Position numbers and translations under genes: made by a program
From: Candidatus Saccharimonadia bacterium
GTDB lineage: Bacteria; Patescibacteriota; Saccharimonadia; UBA4664
Reading direction: 5' to 3'
NCBI GenBank assembly: GCA_038251135.1
Contig: JBBSBR010000001.1
Span: 512-64,511 of the forward strand
Length of the DNA: 64,000 nucleotides
In this document: positions 39,102 through 47,620 of the stretch, piece after piece
How positions within the stretch are numbered: position 1 is the first letter of the stretch
Layout of the letters: every line of letters starts with the position of its first letter
The notes under the pieces: model-generated
Seen by the model: the letters and a program-made list of their open reading frames with translations, nothing else
Told to the model about the DNA's origin: nothing
Databases searched by the model: none

Positions 39102-39516
39102 CGGCCTTTACGTCCCCGCCCAGTCCGAGCTTGGAGTTGATGAGATCCAACACCTGCCGGGGCGTCATTTCGGCCTTCACCAGGTACTCCGCACCGTACG
39201 ACATAGCCCGTTTGCGGTCGGCCTCCTGAGAGGAGTTCGTGAGTACGATGACCGGCATCGTCGCAAAATCAAATCCGTCGCTCTGGAGTGCACCCAGCAC
39301 GTCGAGACCGGAGAGTTCGGGCATGTTGATGTCGAGAACCGCGAGGCTCGGGTGGTCGACCTTGACGCAGTCGAAGGCGTCTTTGCCGTTGGTTTTTAAA
39401 ATTACGGTAAAACCCGCACTCTGGAGCTTAATTTCGTACATGCGCGAAATAAACGGGTCGTCCTCGGCGATCAGGATTATCTTGCCTTGGCCAATTTGTG
39501 GATCTAGTTCGGTCAT
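39094..39516 (-). CDS. Single-domain response regulator (receiver only)
   Basis: IAEDD, LDINMPELSG, VLTN, YLVKAEMTP. Confidence 0.93.
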   Translation of the reverse strand: MTELDPQIGQGKIILIAEDDPFISRMYEIKLQSAGFTVILKTNGKDAFDCVKVDHPSLAVLDINMPELSGLDVLGALQSDGFDFATMPVIVLTNSSQEADRKRAMSYGAEYLVKAEMTPRQVLDLINSKLGLGGDVKADA

Positions 39517-39526
39517 TAATGCCTTT

Positions 39527-41689
39527 TTAAGTCTTAGGTTGAGTTACGGCTTTGAGCGGTAGTTCGAAACCAAACGTTGAGCCTTTGCCTTCAACGCTGT
39601 CAAAGATAATTGTACCACCTTGGTCGTTAATTACACGCCGAGCCAGATACAGGCCCAATCCGGTACCGTCCGGCCGAACCGTTTGGGCATTCTCGGCCCG
39701 GAAGAATTTGCTGAAGAGCTTTTTGCGGGCCTTCTCGGGCACACCGATGCCCGTGTCTTTGACTTCCAACCGTACCGAATCGCCGATACTCTCGAGCGTC
39801 AAGGTCACGTTCCCCTCTTTAGTGTAATAAATTGCATTGTCGATGAAATTCATTACCACTTGGCGCGTCTTATTCTCGTCCAGCTCAACCATGGGGATGG
39901 GTTTGGTTGGAGGCGTGAATATCAGCTCAATATTCTTGGCGGTGGCGTGCGACATGAGCTGCCGCACCTCATCCCGAATCATCGCCTCCATATCCGTGGG
40001 TTTGGCCTGTATCAGGAAGCGGCCGGCCGACAGGCGCGAAACGTTCAATAGGTCGGAGATGAGGTTGACCATGCGTTCCGAGGCACCGAAGGCAAAGTCC
40101 ACAAATTCCCGTTGGGTCGGCGTAATTTCGCCGGCGTCGCCGTCGAGAATCATCGACAGATAGCCCTTGATGGTCGTGAGCGGCGTACGCAACTGGTGCG
40201 AGGCCATACTTATGAACTCGTCTTTGGCCTTATCGAGTTCCTGCAAGTGCCGGTTGGCCACGCGGATACGGCTAGTGGCATGATCCACCCGGGCCTGCAA
40301 CGTCTTATTGAACTCCTGGATCTCGATGTAGGCCTTGGCATTCAAAATTGCCACGGCCAGCTGCTTCACGACGATTTCAAGCAACTCGATGTCTTGTTTC
40401 GAGTAGTTTTCGCCCGAGAGCTTGTCGCCAAGGAGTAGATAACCCACGAATTGTTCGCGGGTACGAAGCATTAATGCGACCCGGATACCATGTGCATCCA
40501 TGAGCTCTCGATTACTATTCGTTACCGCCAGCTCATCGGCAATCGAGAGCGACTTATCGAGTTTCTTCATCTCCGGGCCTACCATCAGTCTATCCGGCAC
40601 CTTACCGTGGTGTTCTACGCGATAGATTCGATCATTATCGAAGATTGCCAACTGCGCATATTGAATATGGATATCGGTCGAGAGCGTACCCAGACTGCGT
40701 TTGAGAATCCTATCGAGATCAAGCTCAGAAACTAGAATTTTTGAAAAGTTATTGAGTACATCCTGCGAGTCGTAATGGTCGTGATAAAAGAACTTATCCG
40801 TCATCTTGTCGGTGAATTTCCGGATCGGCTGGAAGGTAAAAGCCAAGAGGATAGCAAGTGCCGTCGCAGTGATGCTCTGGGCCATACGAGAACCATCGGT
40901 CGGGAAGATTAGGATCGATACCGCCAAGAAAACGGCTCCGTAGAGGGCAGCTAAGATTAGCGTCAGGAGCAGGTAGGCAACCGAGCGGGCCACCAGCGCT
41001 CGCATTTCGAAGAGTCGATGCTTAACGATGGCGTATGTAATGGCACCAATGAGCGCCAGCGTCGCATATGGCCCTACTCCGACAAAAGCGTAGTTACTTA
41101 AGACGAGCGGGATGACTAGATTCATGAAGAGAATAAGCGTGAAGGAGATGAGAATACCCGCCACCACATACTCATAACGAACTTTTGCAGCGCGCTCCTT
41201 GGTCCGCTTGATCGAGAGTATGAAGATCGGCAAGATCAAGCCGAAATACGATACCAAGTAAAATGCGTACAGGGGACTTAAAGGCCCAAAGACAATGCTA
41301 TAGACCCCGTCGGCGCTCTGAGTAACGCCGCTTACGATTAGATTCGTAAGTGATGAGGCTAGTATAAAGATCGTGAAAGAACCGAGGACGATGATTATCC
41401 ACTGAGACAACTTCTCGTAGAGACCGGTGAAATGCAGACTGAACATTAAGGCAAAATAGGCGCACAATACCGGAAAGATAAATACCGCCTTATTAATAAG
41501 TAAAATCTGTGTATACCCTAACCCGTCGGCATTGCTGAAATAGTTCGCTATCAACCAACCTATTATTCCTAATACGAGACCAAAAAAGTAACGGTTTGCC
41601 CAGTCGGATCGACTCTTCTGCAATACAAACAGACCCATCACAAAATGCGTCAACGACAGTAGTAACAATAGGATCAGCGCTAATTTCAT
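39527..41689 (-). CDS. Sensor histidine kinase: N-terminal 7TM-type membrane sensor + GAF-like + HisKA + HATPase
   Basis: About 9 TM helices ending YAIVKHRLFE; LLLGDKLSGENYS..DIELL GAF-like; ASHQLRTPLT, NFIDNAIYY, DTGIG, GTGLGL. Confidence 0.93.
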   Translation of the reverse strand: MKLALILLLLLSLTHFVMGLFVLQKSRSDWANRYFFGLVLGIIGWLIANYFSNADGLGYTQILLINKAVFIFPVLCAYFALMFSLHFTGLYEKLSQWIIIVLGSFTIFILASSLTNLIVSGVTQSADGVYSIVFGPLSPLYAFYLVSYFGLILPIFILSIKRTKERAAKVRYEYVVAGILISFTLILFMNLVIPLVLSNYAFVGVGPYATLALIGAITYAIVKHRLFEMRALVARSVAYLLLTLILAALYGAVFLAVSILIFPTDGSRMAQSITATALAILLAFTFQPIRKFTDKMTDKFFYHDHYDSQDVLNNFSKILVSELDLDRILKRSLGTLSTDIHIQYAQLAIFDNDRIYRVEHHGKVPDRLMVGPEMKKLDKSLSIADELAVTNSNRELMDAHGIRVALMLRTREQFVGYLLLGDKLSGENYSKQDIELLEIVVKQLAVAILNAKAYIEIQEFNKTLQARVDHATSRIRVANRHLQELDKAKDEFISMASHQLRTPLTTIKGYLSMILDGDAGEITPTQREFVDFAFGASERMVNLISDLLNVSRLSAGRFLIQAKPTDMEAMIRDEVRQLMSHATAKNIELIFTPPTKPIPMVELDENKTRQVVMNFIDNAIYYTKEGNVTLTLESIGDSVRLEVKDTGIGVPEKARKKLFSKFFRAENAQTVRPDGTGLGLYLARRVINDQGGTIIFDSVEGKGSTFGFELPLKAVTQPKT

Positions 41690-41742
41690 TGCAGTACGTT
41701 CAGTATAACAAAAAACTTATGCTTTAAGCGCAAACTCGGTAT

Positions 41743-42624
41743 CTACATCTTATCGTAACGGCCGAGATAATTATTTACGGCCGCCACCGCGAGCGACCAC
41801 CGATGGTGCCATACCGGGTGGCGAATTATCCGCCCACGATGTTCCTTGGCGTCGAAGTAGAAGACGGTCGGCGCAGCAGGGAGTATATTTCTGCCGCCGA
41901 GGAAGTTCAGAATCTGCGTTGATATCAAAGCCGCACAGATCCCTACGGCTGGAGCAATCGCGGGCACGTCAATCCCCCTCGTCGATACTCGCCGTAGTAC
42001 GGAAAGGTCACCGTATGAGGGAACATGTGGTAACCAGCGAGCGATGTCGACGCCTACCTGCTCGCTCTTAAGTTCAGCTAGGGTCACATTCGACTTGAGC
42101 CCAAAGTATCGCTCATAGGTCGATCCGCTCGGGTCGAACCAGGTTATGGTAGCGCCGTAGCCAATTTCGACGCCCATTATGACAGGGATGCTTGCCTCGC
42201 GCGCGCGCCTGGCGATCATCACCCCGAGGTGTGGCAACATGAAATCCGTCGCCTCCACAATACAGGTTGCGTCTGATATAAACTCTTCAATATTTGCCTC
42301 ATTAACTCCGTCGGTAAGGAGCTCAATCTCGACTTCCGGATTAATATCACGGCATAGCTCAGCGATCACTTCAACCTTTGGTCGACCAAGCGTGCTAAGG
42401 TATGCCCCTTCCTGCCGATTGAGGTTCGTAGCCGTAAAGTTATCCGGATCGGCGAGTCGCAGTTTCATACAACCGAGCCGAACTAACTCGGTTGCTACTC
42501 GTCCGCCAACTCCCCCTACGCCTGCAATAACGATGCGCGCATCAGCTAACTTCATCTGCTGGATCGGACTGATAAATCCAACGTTTCGCGAGTATCGTTC
42601 CTGAACAGTAGCATGCTGCTTCAT
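41743..42624 (-). CDS. ThiF/E1-like adenylyltransferase lacking Zn-binding CxxC motifs
   Basis: RYSRN, IAGVGGVGG, ADPDNF..TNLNRQ, KVEV..DINP; no CxxC. Confidence 0.9.
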   Translation of the reverse strand: MKQHATVQERYSRNVGFISPIQQMKLADARIVIAGVGGVGGRVATELVRLGCMKLRLADPDNFTATNLNRQEGAYLSTLGRPKVEVIAELCRDINPEVEIELLTDGVNEANIEEFISDATCIVEATDFMLPHLGVMIARRAREASIPVIMGVEIGYGATITWFDPSGSTYERYFGLKSNVTLAELKSEQVGVDIARWLPHVPSYGDLSVLRRVSTRGIDVPAIAPAVGICAALISTQILNFLGGRNILPAAPTVFYFDAKEHRGRIIRHPVWHHRWSLAVAAVNNYLGRYDKM

Positions 42625-43418
42625 GCCGGTAATTCACCCTTAAAGATGGATAACCGCTTTAATTCGGCGACATGCTGAGGCGTCAGCAGGTCGGGGTTTA
42701 ATCCTCGAACGAAGAATTTAACTAACTCAAGTTTCATGGTGCGACGAAGCGGATTAATACCGCGGGCAGCCTTCATGATCGCGCCCAGTGATTGATGTAC
42801 CTCTAAAGCTGCTGGTATAACCTCGCTGCCCATATAAACCGTAGGCTCGCCAATCTGTGTCAGCGCATCACCAAACATAAACTTCAATTGGGAGTAAACC
42901 TGGGCGTCGCAGGCCATGAGCCATAATTGATGACCCGATCGCACAGAATGCTGCCACATTGCACGATACAGGAGGAGTGCAGCATAAGAGCTATGACCTC
43001 GATGTTTGGCGAGACCGGAAATCTCCACGCAGTTCAATGGGTCGAGTGATTTTATGGCTGCCAGATCTTTCGGATAGAGTGGTAATTTCTCAATTGTCGG
43101 AAATGACATATGACCCTTCTGTGAATGAACTGTGATTTGCCGTGCCGTTGCAACAACTTCTGAATTGCCATCCGCGATATGGTTTACGATGAAATAGTCG
43201 GCATGCTCCTGATAGGGATCGGAGTCAATAGAAATACGGCCGTCTTCGGTGAGATGGTGCTCCTCGATGAACTTTCGCTCAAGATAGACCTTGGCATGAA
43301 GCCTTTGAGCAACTCTGAGAAGATACTCTTCCGTCACGAAGCTCACTTGGTAGCGTGTATCGGTTCCTTCACGCAGATCTGTGCGGAGTGAGATCAGTTT
43401 CTTAATTTTGCGAATCAT
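42621..43418 (-). CDS. GNAT-fold acyltransferase, N-acyl amino acid synthase (FeeM/ExoAT)/LuxI-like
   Basis: AQRLHAKVYLE..DPY..ADYFIV..VVATARQI..FP..CVEISGLA..LLYRAMWQHS; ATGA overlap with the ThiF gene. Confidence 0.72.
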   Translation of the reverse strand: MIRKIKKLISLRTDLREGTDTRYQVSFVTEEYLLRVAQRLHAKVYLERKFIEEHHLTEDGRISIDSDPYQEHADYFIVNHIADGNSEVVATARQITVHSQKGHMSFPTIEKLPLYPKDLAAIKSLDPLNCVEISGLAKHRGHSSYAALLLYRAMWQHSVRSGHQLWLMACDAQVYSQLKFMFGDALTQIGEPTVYMGSEVIPAALEVHQSLGAIMKAARGINPLRRTMKLELVKFFVRGLNPDLLTPQHVAELKRLSIFKGELPA

Positions 43419-43597
43419 ATCCGATGAGCCTTTCGAGAGGCACAAAATTACCGATGGAGCTAAGGAGCTCAGCGGCTATTAATCTCATATACGTTTGTTT
43501 ATTTTGTCTTGATTTCATGTTGTTAGAGCAGAAAGATTGGCTAATGCAATACTTATGTTTTATCATAATAAGTAATTAACGTAAACATAAAAAGACG

Positions 43598-44248
43598 ATG
43601 GAACCAGATACAACACCGACAGCCGCAACTCAGGCTTTACGAATACCGATGCCGAATGACCGATACGTTTACGGAACGCAGATAGTAGTCCGTGGAATCG
43701 TTACGATCATACGACTCCTCCTCGCGAGGTTGGTTATAGTCGATATAAAAACCGAACAACTCGAACCAGATTGTCGATATCTTTTGGTACCCAACCACGG
43801 GAGCTGGCTTGACCCTCTCGTGATAATGCACCATATCCCGGGCAGCGTTTTTAGGATGCTCGGTCCAATTCGCGTCATCGTAGGTAATCGCCTCCTCGCC
43901 TCACCCCTTAAGCCGTTCATTTTGTCGCTCGGATCATTCCCCGCTAAACCCCACAAGTACTATCGCTCGGGCATAGAGATGGCACAATACTTCCTCGATA
44001 ACGGCGCGCTGCTTGCGATCTTTCCTGAAGGACGCAGAAATGCCAATCGCAGTGTTAAGCCACGCCGCGGTGTGTCCGATCTTGCGAATGCCGAAGACGT
44101 CCGATTGATACCTGTACATATCGAATGGACTCGGCACTTTTTTGGTATGATCCCGACCTACAAAATCCATATTGGCTCTCCGGTAAAAGCCGCGGGTAAG
44201 ACTGCCGAGCAAATCATGGAATACATCTTTGATCTGCCTCTGGCATAA
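43598..44248 (+). CDS. Lysophospholipid acyltransferase (PlsC family)
   Basis: NHGSWLDP (NHxxxxD), IFPEGRR, IPVHI. Confidence 0.92.
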   Translation: MEPDTTPTAATQALRIPMPNDRYVYGTQIVVRGIVTIIRLLLARLVIVDIKTEQLEPDCRYLLVPNHGSWLDPLVIMHHIPGSVFRMLGPIRVIVGNRLLASPLKPFILSLGSFPAKPHKYYRSGIEMAQYFLDNGALLAIFPEGRRNANRSVKPRRGVSDLANAEDVRLIPVHIEWTRHFFGMIPTYKIHIGSPVKAAGKTAEQIMEYIFDLPLA

Positions 44249-44320
44249 ACAGCCCATCAATTATATTAAATCGAATTTGGGATTGTCCGGTTCGAACAAA
44301 AGGCTTAAAGTGTGAGTATT

Positions 44321-44731
44321 ATGAGCAAAAAGATCAAGATCGCCATTATCGAAGATGACATCGCCATCGTGCAGATGTACCGGACCAAGTTTGAGGCCGA
44401 AGGTTATGAGGTTGAGACCGCGGGCGACGGGTTCACCGGCCTGGAGCTGATTGAGTCGTTTGAGCCCGACATTATCCTCCTGGATTTAATGATGCCCAAT
44501 ATGAACGGGCTGGAGATGCTCCAGAAGCTGCGCAATCAGCCCGGCGGACAGGAGGCCAAGGTGGTCGTGCTCACCAATATGGGCGACACCGAGAGCGCCA
44601 CCAAAGTCTTCAAGATGGCGGCCGACGACTACATCGTGAAGGCCGAAATGACGCCGAAGCAGGTAGCTGAGCGCGTGAAGAGTCTGCTGGTCAAGTTCGG
44701 CATTACCGAAGCCGAGACGCCGGCCGCCTAG
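44321..44731 (+). CDS. Single-domain response regulator (receiver only)
   Basis: IIEDD, LLDLMMPNMNG, VLTN, YIVKAEMTP. Confidence 0.95.
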   Translation: MSKKIKIAIIEDDIAIVQMYRTKFEAEGYEVETAGDGFTGLELIESFEPDIILLDLMMPNMNGLEMLQKLRNQPGGQEAKVVVLTNMGDTESATKVFKMAADDYIVKAEMTPKQVAERVKSLLVKFGITEAETPAA

Positions 44732-44773
44732 CAATCCAGTTGATTACGAATCAACAAATAGACCTTAGCGGGT

Positions 44774-45538
44774 CTATTTTTGTGCTGCAATGAGGAGATT
44801 ATCGAATAAGGCGGCCACCGTCATCGGGCCGACGCCGCCGGGGTTCGGCGTAATGGTTAGGTCGCTGCGGCTCCGCAGGTCATCGTCAACCTCGCTCGCA
44901 GGGGATCCGGCATCAACCACTACGGCGCCCTGCTTAGCCATGGCCGAGGTTATGAGTTTAGGCTTTCCGGTAGCCGAAATAATAATGTCGGACGAGTTGA
45001 CAACCTGAGCCAGGTCGGGCGTCGATTCGTCGCAACGCACAACATCCCGTCCGGAGGCTTCGAGGCTGCCCGCCAGGGGTTTGCCGATCAGTCTCCCCTG
45101 CCCGACGATGACAATTTTGCCGTTGAGATCAATATTATAGCCTGCCAACAACCAGAGAATCCCCTTGGGCGTGGCTGCCTCAAACGGCGACCGCTCGGTA
45201 AGTCCGTCGACATCCTTGGCCGGGTCGATCGTCTTCAGCATCTCCGCCGTGAGCGTCTGGCTTGGCAGCGGGAGCTGGACGATAATGCCGGTTACTTCGG
45301 TATCGGCGTTCAGCTGCATAATCTTTTTAATCAGTACGTCCGGTTCGACTTTTTCAGAAACGACCTCAACGCCGATCGCCTCTCCATAGATTTGCTTGGC
45401 TCGGATATACCGCTCGGTCGCTGCCTGATCGCCGCAATATAAAATTGCCAGTCTGGGACGTCTATCCAGAGAATCGACGATTTGAGCGTGACGCGTCTGG
45501 ATAAAGCCAGCCAAATCGGCACCATCGAGGAGTTTCAT
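44774..45538 (-). CDS. folD: Methylenetetrahydrofolate dehydrogenase/cyclohydrolase
   Basis: GIIVQLPLP, KDVDG, ATPKG, VGQG..GKP, TPNPGGVGPMTV. Confidence 0.95.
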   Translation of the reverse strand: MKLLDGADLAGFIQTRHAQIVDSLDRRPRLAILYCGDQAATERYIRAKQIYGEAIGVEVVSEKVEPDVLIKKIMQLNADTEVTGIIVQLPLPSQTLTAEMLKTIDPAKDVDGLTERSPFEAATPKGILWLLAGYNIDLNGKIVIVGQGRLIGKPLAGSLEASGRDVVRCDESTPDLAQVVNSSDIIISATGKPKLITSAMAKQGAVVVDAGSPASEVDDDLRSRSDLTITPNPGGVGPMTVAALFDNLLIAAQK

Positions 45539-46278
45539 AGCTCAATTACCTCGGCCTTACCGTCCGTAAAATACTCATTGCCCGAAGCGTTCTTGGACGG
45601 TTCAGAGGCATAAGCGGCGTCCGTCATGGCAACGGTCATGAGCCTAGTCGACCCGGCATGAACGAGATCGCGCACAATATACTCACGCTCATGATCAAGG
45701 TCCGGATCCAGAAAATGATGGATCCATGGCGGCCTGAACTGAAACTTAAGCCGGGAATCGAAACTGGCCGCCGCGACCCAGACAGGATCGCCGTTGGTCA
45801 GAGAGATACCGGTCTTCCATATCCGTATATGATGGCGCCGCTTAAAGCTCTTCTCGCGGGTCAGCTTCTGATAAGCATAATCCTGCAGGCCGATATTTAT
45901 GTAATGGGGCGTAAACGGTCCCTTTTGGTGGCTTTTGCCGGCCAAAACCGTCAATATGCCGTAACAAAGGTGGATCGGTGAAGCCGGGTGAGCGCGGTGC
46001 CAGCCCGCCTGCTTGAAGCGCAGCTTGAGCTGGGACTCGTGCCCGACAAAAATCAGATTCATCGGGTCCATCTTGCCGCCGGTAATCGATTGGCTGTATT
46101 TGGGCAAAGTATCGAGGACGTCCAGCGACAATTCGATGAGCGCCTTGTGGCGCACAAAGCGCGGCTTATATATCCGCTCCAGCCGGGTAGCGTGAAAAAG
46201 GTAAGCGATAAAGCGCAACGGCGCCATGGACAGACGCGAGAGCAGCCGACTGATTGTATGTGAAGTATTTCGGCTCAT
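45535..46278 (-). CDS. LssY C-terminal-like domain protein
   Basis: DPMNLIFVG, AGW, QDYAYQ, RHHIRIW, WVAAASFD, H..DPDLDHER, YFTDG. Confidence 0.8.
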   Translation of the reverse strand: MSRNTSHTISRLLSRLSMAPLRFIAYLFHATRLERIYKPRFVRHKALIELSLDVLDTLPKYSQSITGGKMDPMNLIFVGHESQLKLRFKQAGWHRAHPASPIHLCYGILTVLAGKSHQKGPFTPHYINIGLQDYAYQKLTREKSFKRRHHIRIWKTGISLTNGDPVWVAAASFDSRLKFQFRPPWIHHFLDPDLDHEREYIVRDLVHAGSTRLMTVAMTDAAYASEPSKNASGNEYFTDGKAEVIEL

Positions 46279-46363
46279 AACCAAGTAATTATACTCGCCA
46301 CGAGGGAGCGCGACCAGCCGGTACATTCAGTCACTTCTCAGGACGATACTGTATAGTTGCGAC

Positions 46364-46861
46364 ATGAAGAAATTTGGCTTATCACTAATCATTGGGGTCA
46401 TGGCTTTCGGCTTAATCGTGCTGTTGAAATTACAGCCCGGCAAAGCGACTGCCAGCACCGTGTCTTTGGCCTCAACCACCCCCAGCACCGCCGGCACGCC
46501 CGCTCCGAGCACACCTGCGCCGAGCACCCCCGCGCCTAATTCGCCCGCTACGCCCGCACCGGCCGCAACTTCCGGCGGCGCCTTCAAGAATGGTACCTAC
46601 TCCGGCGCTGTCGTCGACAACGGCTATGGATCGGTTCAAGTCGCGGCCGTCATTAGTAACGGCAAGCTGAGCGACGTGAAGATCCTTCAAGTGCCGAACG
46701 ACCGGCGATCAATGATGCTGGCCAGCTACTCTACACCTACCCTGATCCAAGAAGCCGTCTCGGCTCAGAGCGCCAACGTCGATTACGTCAGCGGTGCCAC
46801 CGCCACGAGCGACGCTTTCAGCCAGTCGCTGCAGGACGCCTTGAGTCAAGCCAAGTCGTAG
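46364..46861 (+). CDS. Extracytoplasmic FMN-binding (flavinylated) protein
   Basis: Signal/TM, TPAPS repeats, NGTYSG..YGSVQV, VDYVSGATATS flavinylation motif. Confidence 0.92.
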   Translation: MKKFGLSLIIGVMAFGLIVLLKLQPGKATASTVSLASTTPSTAGTPAPSTPAPSTPAPNSPATPAPAATSGGAFKNGTYSGAVVDNGYGSVQVAAVISNGKLSDVKILQVPNDRRSMMLASYSTPTLIQEAVSAQSANVDYVSGATATSDAFSQSLQDALSQAKS

Positions 46862-46876
46862 GGCTACAATACCCTC

Positions 46877-47620
46877 ATGAAGCGCACTGAAGCCATCATG
46901 GGTATGCCGATCACCATCGAGATCATCGGCGAGGACCCTAAAACCGACGAACTCATCACCAGCGGATTTAATGAATTTCGGGCGACTGACGAGCTATTTA
47001 GTACCTACAAACCAACCAGTGAAATTTCCCGCCTGAACCGCGGCGAGTTGACGCGCACAACCGTCTCCCCGACGGTCCGGGAAGTCCTGAAGACCTGCGA
47101 CGAACTCAAGATTAAGACTCAGGGCTACTTCGACATGTCTTATCACGGCAGTCTGGATCCGTCCGGTTACGTGAAGGGCTGGTCGATCGGCCGGGTTGAG
47201 GCGATACTGCGCCAAGGCGGTGCAACCAACTTCGTGGTAAGCGCCGGCGGCGATATGGTCTGCGCCGGACACCGCGCCGACGGCATGCCGTGGGTTATCG
47301 GTATTGCCGATCCGTCGAATCCGAAGCAATCCGTCAAGAACCTGAACTTAAGCGACCAAGCGATCGCCACCAGCGCCACCTACGAACGCGGCGAGCACAT
47401 TTATGACCCGCGCACCGGACTGCCGGCCATCGGACTCGTAAGCGTCAGCGTAGTGGGACCGGACATCGTGACGGCCGACGTTTATGCTACGACGGTCTTT
47501 GCCATGGGCCAGGCCGGCGTCAGCTGGATTCAGGGCCAAGCCGACTACGCAGCCTACATCATCGGCACCGACGGCCAGGCTGTCTTGACGCCCAGTCTCC
47601 AAACTTATATCGCCGCTTAG
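46877..47620 (+). CDS. apbE: FAD:protein FMN transferase
   Basis: IMGMPITI, FSTYKPTSEISRLN, DPSGYVKGW, AGGD, ATSATYERGEHIYDP, ADVYAT. Confidence 0.93.
   Translation: MKRTEAIMGMPITIEIIGEDPKTDELITSGFNEFRATDELFSTYKPTSEISRLNRGELTRTTVSPTVREVLKTCDELKIKTQGYFDMSYHGSLDPSGYVKGWSIGRVEAILRQGGATNFVVSAGGDMVCAGHRADGMPWVIGIADPSNPKQSVKNLNLSDQAIATSATYERGEHIYDPRTGLPAIGLVSVSVVGPDIVTADVYATTVFAMGQAGVSWIQGQADYAAYIIGTDGQAVLTPSLQTYIAA

Noticed and set aside
41743-42624. Thiamine/molybdopterin ThiF/MoeB or ubiquitin-like defence E1
   Set aside because: No Zn CxxC motifs, no sulfur carrier/Ubl, E2 or JAB neighbours; coupled to an acyltransferase instead.
46491-46562. 15-bp repeats as a separate element
   Set aside because: They simply encode the TPAPS linker of the FMN-binding protein.
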